Source of the DNA: a virus
Lineage: Duplodnaviria > Caudoviricetes
Reading direction: 5' to 3' (one strand)
Virus record (IMG/VR): IMGVR_UViG_3300032266_001365
Coordinates: 1-30,585 of that record
DNA length: 30,585 nt
In this document: positions 7,901-16,400 of the stretch, piece by piece
Layout: the number at the start of each line of letters is the position of its first letter
How positions within the stretch are numbered: the stretch's first letter is position 1
The notes under the pieces: generated by a model
Told to the model about the DNA's origin: nothing
Database searches by the model: none
The model's input: only the letters and a program-made list of their open reading frames with translations
Position numbers and translations under genes: made by a program

Positions 7901-10392
7901 ATGCAGGTGGCGGAGGCTATGTTATTGCTAGAAACAATGCACAATCGGGTAATAATATCTCTATTACCATTGCTGGCTCTGATCAAGAAGTTGCTAGTTC
8001 TTATCGAGACATGCGACTGTTTATTTTAACAGGAACAGGAGCAGCACAGTATGGTTATATTGCAGAATATGACGATGTTGGAAAAATTGCCTATATTGCC
8101 AGCGAAACATTTAATAGAATCACGTCAGCTTCAACCATAAATGCAGCTGGTGGTAATTTAATTAATGTAACCTCGAATGCTACGCTTCGTGTCAATGATC
8201 CTATTATTTTTAGAGGAACCACTTTTGGAAATATACAAAATAACACAGTCTATTATGTGAGAACTCTAGTAGGAAATAATCAAATCACTATTTCGGGTTC
8301 ACCAGGACCTGGTTCAGTGTTCGGCTTGATCAACGGATCGGGTACTATGTATATCCATAAACTAGGTTGGGATCATTTGGTTTCGGGTACAACCATCGAA
8401 TCGTTATTAGACACTACCTCATACTATTCCATTGAGCCGAGAGTGACCTTTACAAGTCCAGGATTTACCAGATCCGCAGTTACCATGCCTCTAAGTAGAC
8501 AGTGGCAAAGCATTGCTTATGGCAATGGCACCTGGGTAGCAGTTTGTAAAGGTTCGAGCACTGTGGGATATTCGTCAAACGGAACCACATGGTCCTATGT
8601 AACAACACCCCATAACTATCAATGGGAAAAAGTGGCCTATGGTGCTGATGGTTATTTTATCGCTGTGGCATCAAATGGACAGATTATGAGATCTTCTAAT
8701 GCCACAACTTGGACCACCCCAACGGTACCACAGCGAGCTTACAGTTCTGTGGCCTATGGTGCCGGAACCTGGGTAGCAGTATCTACCGGCACAAACGTGG
8801 CATTAATTTCAACTAATTCAGGCCAGACCTGGACTTCAGTGAATCTTCCCGAAGGCGCAGACTGGATCGATGTGACCTACGGTGCTGGAAAATTTGTAGC
8901 AGTAGCACAAAGCGATTCCACTACCACTGCTACAGTATACAGCACAGATGCAGGAGCCACATGGAATCTAGGATCTTTTGCAGGATCATGCAAGGCTGTA
9001 GCATTTGGTAATAATAGATTCGTCGCTATCGCAGGCGGATATCCTCTAGCCGACGATGTGTTTTGGAGCTTTGACGGTATTACATGGAATGTTTCGTCTA
9101 TCGACGGACAAAACTGGCAGGATCTCACTTATTCACAAGGTCTGTTTGCCGCAGTAGCAGACGGAAGCAATATTTTTGCAACATCTTTGGATGGTATTAC
9201 TTGGAATTATAACACTCTACAGGCAGTTTCTACCTGGAGGGGAGTAGCAGGCGGCGCTGTTGGTAAATTTATATGTGTCTCGGGTTCAACAGACAATACA
9301 GTAGGCAGTATTGTTACAACAGGACCTACAGCACAGGGACGTGTAGTTATTAAATCTGGTAGGGTAGATTCTATACTAATTTGGGAACCTGGTAGTGGAT
9401 ACACTTCTCCGCCGGCAATGGTATTGTCAGATCCAAACAATACTTCTGATGTTCTTGTTAGTGTAAGACTTGCTGACGGTGTGTTAGGCAATCCTACATT
9501 TATTAATAGAGGTATAGGATATGTTAATATTTCTACAACCGCGGTGTTATCCGGAGATGGATTCAAAGATCAGTATCAATTAGGTAGATATTTAGTAGTC
9601 AGCAATCTTACAAGATTGCCTAGTCCGGGCGATAACCTCAATATCAGCGGTATCGACGACTATACATACAAGGTTTTAAATTCTAGAGTGTTATCGGGAT
9701 CGTTAGGAAACTATACTGCTCAAATAACCATAGCAAAGATATTAAAGATACCCGAAAGTCCGGATCATGACACCAATATTACTATTCGACAGCAATATAG
9801 TCAGGTTCGTTTAACTGGTCACGATTTTTTAGATATAGGTCTTGGTAATTTCTTACAAACCAATTACCCAGATACATTATTTCCAATAGGCACAGTTTTA
9901 GAACCCGACAAGGAAGTTTATGAATACAGCGGCGGACGTTGTTTTTATTCTAGTACCGACCAAGATGGCAATTTCAGAGTAGGAGAACTGTTTGCAGTTG
10001 AGCAGAGCACAGGAACAGTGACTATCAGCGCCGATTTCTTCGAACTGCAAGGTTTGGAAGAATTAAGCATCGGTGGAGTTAGTGTGGGGGGATCTGGAGT
10101 AGTTATTAGAGAGTTTTCCACAGACCCGTTGTTTATTGCAGATTCTAACAACATTATTCCCACACAGAGGGCGATCAAGGCCTATCTAGGTAGAAGAGTA
10201 TCCGGCGGTGGATCAGATGCGTTTACAGTTCAGGTCACAGCTGGTATAGTAAAAGTTGGACCCACACTTATTACAACAACCACCGGCGAAGCGATTAATA
10301 TTCCTGTCAAAGTGAATTTTAATCAACCGTTCGAAGGGGACCTATTGGTACAGACGTTTTTCTTAGCTGGACACGAAGGGTTCTACGGTTAA
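4927..10392 (+). CDS. Giant tail fibre/spike protein (1821 aa): 8 CBM5/12-like repeats, helical domain, beta-helix-like region, 7-blade beta-propeller
   Basis: AGGA SD; W-x5-Y-x2-GD-x-V-x-YGG-x2-Y repeats; YYVSxxGxD...PWxTI and IVGDELRST motifs; WxxxAYGxGxxVAV and SxDGxTW repeats; colinear paralogue of 10429. Confidence 0.85.
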   Translation: MPEFKLSRLRYNWKGQWTAGVEYFKDDIVNSGGKVYVAIAQHIADSDFYNDLNFLNNEIPPSLAPRWVLMIDAVSWQGPWTENTYYNLGDLVKVGAVVYLCIEPHTSVEIEENFVDDYSDNYWVIYSLTQKWKNQWMPSKVYSIGDVVVYSGNVYKCVQFHTSASTYASGIISDLAKWQLLFFNNIWKGNWSTSTVYYQRDIVKYGGTVYRCLEQHVSTGFISQGLEYDQSKWFVEFEGIEFAGEWSQGEFYHIGDVVKYGSYLYKCINPHSINSGEFFNSMFWQVYCPGEEFDVSWNNSSLYQPGDIVNYGGYLFVSNTSNINSQPSPDSNGSVNDWSILFVNTRIMGEWYSQGSYQVGDIVRRQGQLYVAKRDSQSEDVDVADDGSTINNEFWELVIPGSKWKGQWAPFITYVTGDLILYKSGSYRCVGKHRSIYGNRPGDEAGLYWEKYTYASDRNVLEFAGDIKTYGLTVDGSTIGVKSLPAGPEGSVIQSVNSSVSYTQFNASTKVYYVSTLGTDKVGIGTSMNSPWRTIRYALENITGPATVFVKAGTYEEILPLHVPAFVAIVGDELRSTIIKPQINRYSTADFSAMIDTFDYLQANLRYIILGQQIGTENLASPAYGTDLYGIIPQNLTAPYGTSSEVTETLTFLQQMRARLVTNTQTTINATNNITSTVSRLQAATIIENNITFLINETRGFLRALKPTYSIHQYFDGDVLRILKALAYDLRYPGNYLSARTGEYLYHAKTGSVNKIQNMFLMQDGTGLRNCTLVGLDGTLGTRQPSLTKRPTAGAYTSLDPGWGPNDNTVWVGTKSPYIQNVTTFGTGCVGLKIDGDLHAGGNQTIVSNDFTQVLSDGIGIWCNGTGRTEAVSVFTYYNHIGYLSTNGGRIRGTNGNCSYGSYGASAEGFSLDETPITATVNNRYYDATVDSALTSTTGAIQKFFFSHTGQNYTSAIFNISGAGQSAQAVGDEIRNGAISEVRIIDAGDSTNAGGGGYVIARNNAQSGNNISITIAGSDQEVASSYRDMRLFILTGTGAAQYGYIAEYDDVGKIAYIASETFNRITSASTINAAGGNLINVTSNATLRVNDPIIFRGTTFGNIQNNTVYYVRTLVGNNQITISGSPGPGSVFGLINGSGTMYIHKLGWDHLVSGTTIESLLDTTSYYSIEPRVTFTSPGFTRSAVTMPLSRQWQSIAYGNGTWVAVCKGSSTVGYSSNGTTWSYVTTPHNYQWEKVAYGADGYFIAVASNGQIMRSSNATTWTTPTVPQRAYSSVAYGAGTWVAVSTGTNVALISTNSGQTWTSVNLPEGADWIDVTYGAGKFVAVAQSDSTTTATVYSTDAGATWNLGSFAGSCKAVAFGNNRFVAIAGGYPLADDVFWSFDGITWNVSSIDGQNWQDLTYSQGLFAAVADGSNIFATSLDGITWNYNTLQAVSTWRGVAGGAVGKFICVSGSTDNTVGSIVTTGPTAQGRVVIKSGRVDSILIWEPGSGYTSPPAMVLSDPNNTSDVLVSVRLADGVLGNPTFINRGIGYVNISTTAVLSGDGFKDQYQLGRYLVVSNLTRLPSPGDNLNISGIDDYTYKVLNSRVLSGSLGNYTAQITIAKILKIPESPDHDTNITIRQQYSQVRLTGHDFLDIGLGNFLQTNYPDTLFPIGTVLEPDKEVYEYSGGRCFYSSTDQDGNFRVGELFAVEQSTGTVTISADFFELQGLEELSIGGVSVGGSGVVIREFSTDPLFIADSNNIIPTQRAIKAYLGRRVSGGGSDAFTVQVTAGIVKVGPTLITTTTGEAINIPVKVNFNQPFEGDLLVQTFFLAGHEGFYG
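4963..6282 (+). repeat. 8 tandem ~50-aa CBM5/12-like (ChtBD3-like) protein repeats
   Basis: Eight units of (W/F)xxxW-x5-Y-x2-(G/N/D/R)D-x-V-x-Y-G-G-x2-Y-x-C-x3-H counted in the translation. Confidence 0.75.
8503..9320 (+). repeat. 7 beta-propeller blade repeats (Asp-box/BNR-like)
   Basis: WQSIAYG, WEKVAYG, YSSVAYG, WIDVTYG, CKAVAFG, WQDLTYS, WRGVAGG, each (except the last) followed by an S-x-D/N-G-x-T-W-like turn. Confidence 0.7.
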
Positions 10393-10398
10393 GATAAC

Positions 10399-10406
10399 GA
10401 TAAATA
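10399..10406 (+). promoter_or_regulatory. Probable late promoter (GATAAATA)
   Basis: 7/8 match to TATAAATA in the intergenic gap, 22 nt before the ATG at 10429. Confidence 0.6.
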
Positions 10407-10428
10407 TTATTATTGATTTGGAGCTAAA

Positions 10429-13400
10429 ATGGCTGAATTTAAACTAGGAAGAATTAGATTTGTATGGAAACAGGACTGGACAACCGGTACAGAATATTAT
10501 AAAGACGACGTTGTCAGCTATGGTGGTACAACTTTTATCTGTGTAAAAGGCCATTTAGCTGCTGCAGATTTTTATACAGATCTCGAAGTCAGTCCGCCGA
10601 AGTGGAACAAGTTCGCCGACGGCCAAGAATGGAGAGGTGATTGGACTGCACAGACTCTTTATAGAAAAAACGATCTGGTAAAATATGGAGGGCTGGTTTA
10701 TATTTGTTCAGTGGGACATACTTCTGGGTCATTGAGTGTGGGACTAGAGGGCGCTCTGAATCTAAATGACAGTACACTATCTAAATGGGAACTGTATGCA
10801 GAAAGTTTTGAATGGCGAGCAGAATGGGCAAATTCTCAAAAGTACAGAGAAAGAGACATTGTTAAATATGGTGCTATAAATTATGTCTGTAAAGAAGGCC
10901 ATACTTCAGCTTCGACTATTGCACTAGGATTAGAAAATGATCTAAGCAAGTGGGATGTCCTAAGCGAAGGCACTGCATGGACCGGAGATTGGCTAGTTGC
11001 TACGAGATATAAGAAAAACGACGTAGTAAAATATGGTGGTCAGACATTTATCTGTATCATCGGACATACTTCAGCTTCGACTGTTGCACTGGGGTTAGAA
11101 AATGACCAAAACAAGTGGGATTATTTTAACAAAGGGTTTGAATACAAAGGTAACTGGAGTGGTGCTACTAAGTATAAGGTTAATGACCTTGTAAAATATG
11201 GCAGCGGCACATGGAGATGTAATACTAATCATACATCGGCAGGCACATTTAACGTAACTTATTTTGAACAATTTGTCAAAGGTATAGAATTTGAGGGATT
11301 CTGGAGCAGCAGTGTCACATACCAACCCGGAGATATCGTTCGCTATGGCGGTTATTCTTACATAGCTAAAACAGTACACATAAATGTATTGCCAACAGAT
11401 ACTAATAACTGGGATTTGTTTGCTACCTCGTTTAAATTTGAAGGTGATTATAGTGCAGGCACTACTTATCTTCCAGGGCAGGTTGTAAGACACGGAGGGT
11501 ATACCTATACCTGTATTCTGTCTGGTACCGGTCAAAATCCTGAAACTTCTTCATCCTATTGGTCGAGATTAAACAGTGGTCTAAGATGGAGAGGAGAATG
11601 GGTTAATTCTGCTGTGTATTTGCTAGGCGATATTGTAAAATGGAACGCCGGTAGTTATGTATGCGTACTAGGCCACACCAGCGACGATGACGACAGTACA
11701 ATAACCCCCACATCTAATAGTCCAGGAAAAGATTCAGGAGGCGTTTATTGGAATCTTATCACCGGCGGATTAGAGGATAGCGTGTTAACCACAGTGGGTG
11801 ATCTTGTTTACTATGCACCTAGTGGTCCTTCAAGATTGCCTATTGGCACCGAGGGACAGATTTTATCAATAGTCAATGGTTTACCTGCATGGAAACATTG
11901 GGGTAAAACTAATTATGTTTATTATGTAGCACCGCATGGCGTTGACACACCTTATCCAGTGCAGGGTGCAACACTTGATAAGCCCTGGCTAACCATAAGA
12001 TATGCCTCAGAACAAATAGAAAAAGGCACAGAATATTCTGCAGCAGGGTATCTATTGAAACAAAATAGAACATTCGTTCAGAAAGAAATTGTAGAATGGG
12101 TTAATTATCAAATTGCAAATCCCACAGGAATATGGGTCAGTTTTACCAATGCCAATGTGGCATCTTGCCAACGTGACATGGGATTGATCATTGACGCACT
12201 GATCTATGACTTGACGCACGGAGGAAATGCTAGAACTATTGAAGTAACACGAACCTATTTCAATGCAGCCGGTACTCAATTAGTTACTCCTATGCAGAAT
12301 GAATACCTACAGAGTGCTGCTGCTATTAATTATGGAATCACGGTTATAGCCAGCGTGTTGGCTAATCTAGCACCAGCAGTAAACTATCAAACTTTGAATG
12401 GTATTTCGGTTGGTAGCAGAATTAAACAGATTATCGATTTCAGCTATTCCGCCGAAACAGGAGCATCATCTATCACTAGCAGTCTTGCACAGATAGTGAC
12501 TAGTTCGTTGACAGCAACTAATCTCTCAGGTCTGCCAGTCACTGATCAACCACAGTATACTATTAATGTCAAAACTGGTCAATTCTATGAAGTATTGCCG
12601 ATATTAGTGCCAAAACATACAGCCATCGTCGGTGACGAACTGCGTTCTACACGAATTAGCCCACAGGTAAAATTGATATCCAACAACGATAAAGCTAAAT
12701 CTGTGTCTGTTCTCCAACGTCTGCAGTCTATAACACCTAATATTATTGCAAATACTGCAGTTACTCCTACAACAGGAAATACTGTGACTCAAAATCGAAC
12801 CAGCCAAATTGCTGGTAGTATTGGTAGCACTACTGCTGTCACTTCCGTTGTCAACAATGTCGCAGAGATCAAAGACATTTTTGTAAACGGCCTTGGTTCT
12901 GCTGATGCCTATGTAAGACCTACTCCAACTGGCGGATCTAATAATGCTTATACTGCCGGATTTTTTGATGGAGCTAGACTAATAAATGCCAATAGAGCAT
13001 TTATTATTTCTGAAGTCAGTGCATGGATTAATTTGCAGATTACAAATTCTGTTACAGAATTTGTCGGATTTTCATACAGCGGTACGACTCAAACCAACAA
13101 CGAACGAGCCATAGGATACTTAGTAGATGCACTGGTCTACGATTTGACCTATGGCGGAAATCTAGCCACACAGATCAGAGCTAGATCTTATTATTCATTT
13201 GGTACTTTTGTTGGTGCTCTTGGTACAACTGCAAGATCTCTGCTTGTAAAAGCAAGAATCAAAAGTTTCATCGATAATATTGTTATTGCAGACACTGCTG
13301 GCTGGACTAAAACCACTGGTCTAAGTCAGACTGTCACAGGTCCGGCTGGTTCAGCCGGTGCTGCTACTGCTGCACAGGCACGTGTACAAGAAATCTACGA

Positions 13401-16400
13401 TACTATCAACACAGGGACAACACCCACTACTATAGCTCCGGATATCACATGGCCAGCTGTTGCGATATTAACAGCGGCTGCACAGTTATTGGCCGCTAAA
13501 TCAACTATACAAACCGATGCAGTGGCCTATGTCAAGCGAGAATTCCCTACTTTGAAGTTTGACGAAACAGTGTGTTCTCGAGATGTGGGATACATGATAG
13601 ACGCATTAATATATGATTTAAGATTTGGATCAAATTATCTATCTATACAAAGCGGAATATCTTATTATTATGGTACTACTAGCACTCTGTTAGTGTTGGC
13701 ACAACAGTCAGCGGCTACTCAAGCCATATTAAACTATCTTTCAAAGAGAGCAGGATTTGTGGTAGCATCTGGTTCCACAGTACTGGCTGATCTATTGTTC
13801 ACAGACATTATAAATTATGTCAATACTGGCACTAGACCATTGATCACAGGCACGAATACACCTGTTGAAAGTATTGATCAAATCAACGGTGCCAGAATAC
13901 TTGAACTCAATAAAGCATTTATGATGGCCGAAGCCACAGCTTATGCTAATAATACCTTCAAAGCCACCGTGACAGCTTCTAATGGAACATCGGAAACATT
14001 TACCTGCGCTACACAGACATGGATGGTAGCAGGTGATACTGTGAGATTTTCAGGATCGGTGTTTGGCGGAATCAATACAACCACAACATATTACATACTA
14101 GCTTCTGGACTCACTTCGACATCATTTAAGGTATCGACTCAATTAAACGGCACCGCGGTTGATCTAAGCACAGTGGCATCTGGATCAATGACAGTGTCGT
14201 GGTACTATAGTCAGGCTCGCTGTCAAAATGATGTCAGCAACTATGTTGATTCTATAGTCAAGGACATAATCTATCCAGGCAATTTCAATTCTGTGACAGC
14301 GGCCCGCTATTATAGAAATGCACTAACAGGTTCTAAACTAGAGGACATGTTCTATGTAAAAAATGCTTGTGGACTTAGAAACTGCACTCTAACAGGCCTT
14401 GACGGTACTTCAGACGGCAATACTGCAGGCGCTGGAGACGCAGACGGCCTAACTTCAGCTAATAGTTACGGGACTCAAAGACCATTGGCTGGTGCTTATG
14501 TTAGCTTGGACCCAGGTTGGGGACCAACTGATACAAGAGTATGGGTCACTAATAAATCTACATATGTTCAAAACGTTACTACCTTTGGTACTGGTTGTGT
14601 GGGACAAAAAATCGACGGATCGTTACATGCAGGAGGTAATGATTCTATCGTTTCTAATGACTTTACGCAGGTATTAAGCGACGGTATTGGTGCATGGGTT
14701 ACCAACCTTGGTCGAGCAGAACTTGTTTCTGTATTCTCATACTACAATCATATTGGATATCTCGCAGAAAATGGCGGCAAGATTCGTGCTACTAATGGAA
14801 ATAATTCTTACGGTACTTTTGGATCTGTGGCTGAAGGCTTTGATATCACTGAGACCGCTATCACTGGTAATGTCAACAACAGAGCATTCCAAGCAAATGT
14901 AAGGAACGTTATAACAACCGGCAGCACAGTGCAGGTTCTCGAATATGGAAATGCTGGACAAAATTATTCATTAGCTAATGTTTCCATAGGAGGTGCCGGC
15001 TCAGGTGCTATCGCAGTTGGTAATGAAATTCGATTTGGCGGAGTTTTTCAGGTTCGGTTAACTGATCCAGGCGATAGCTCAGGCATAGGAGGCACAGGCT
15101 ATGTCACTGCCAACAATGTGGCTCAAGGTGGAAATACCACTCAGATCACACTTGCTGCCGCAGACACCGCAATCAGCACAGCCTATGTGGGCATGGCTAT
15201 CTTTATTACATCGGGCACTGGTGCTGGGCAGTATGGTTATATTCAAACATACAATGCAGGAAATAAAGTGGCCACTGTTCGTAAGTATTCTACTGGCACT
15301 GCAGGATGGGATCATGTAGTACCAGGTACACCTATTGTATCTGCTTTGGATCTAACTACGATCTATGATATTACTCCTAGAATAACTTTCACAGATCCTC
15401 CATATTCGACCGCAATTAGATCATTGCCTTCGACTTTGGATTGGAATGATGTGGTCTTTGGAGACGCATATGGCAGCTATACCACCGTTGCTACAACAAC
15501 CAATGGTTCAGGATTGGCCGCTACTGTTAACGTGGTAAGGAGACTGGGAGCTTACACAGTGACCATTAATTCTGGAGGCACTGGTTATGCTGTAGGTAAT
15601 ACCTTAACAGTGTCGGGAGCATTGGTAGGCGGAACTAACCCTGCCAATAACATCACGATGACTATAACCGGCATAGACTCCATAGACACTTCAGTGTTGA
15701 CTGTTACAGTCTCGGGCACTGCTATTTCGCCGGCATACATTGCTGTATCTGGCGGATCGAGCACAGCCGGTTATTCTGCAGATGGTATTACCTGGTCTAC
15801 AGTATCGTTGCCCACTGCAAGGGAGTGGATCGCTATAGACTATGGTAGGGTTTCAAATATTGGAACATACCTAGCTGTGGCCAGAGACAGTGCATTTGCT
15901 GCATACAGTACCGATGGTATCAACTGGACTTCTTCTAACATAGGCGAAGGCGGTGATTGGATTGATGTGGCCTACGGCAACGGCAAATTCGTGGCAGTAT
16001 CAGAAAGCGATTCATCGGTTACAACTAGAGCAGTGACTTCAAACGGCGGCCAGACATGGAGTGTTGGATCGATTACCAACGGAGCAGTAGCAATTGCGTA
16101 TGGTAACGGAAAGTGGGTCGAAGTTGAAGGTAACTTCAGTAACACAGCATCTTATTCTTCGGATGGAATTGCATGGTCATCGACTGCGGTAATGCCGGCC
16201 AACGCAGACTCTACTGAATCAAATTGGAGATCGTTGGCATTTGGTAACAACAGATGGGTAGCTATAGCAGACAACAACGGCCAAACAGCATATTCGTTAA
16301 CCGGAACAACATGGATAGCAGGTGGGCAACTACCACTCAATGCTGATTGGAGAAAAATAGCCTACGGCAACGGTGTGTTCCTAGCACTAGGCGACGGCGG

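Noticed and set aside
10900-11105. Diversity-generating retroelement TR/VR pair (mismatches only at A)
   Set aside because: Only 41 nt and 3 transitions, both copies in-frame within one gene, and no reverse transcriptase in the window
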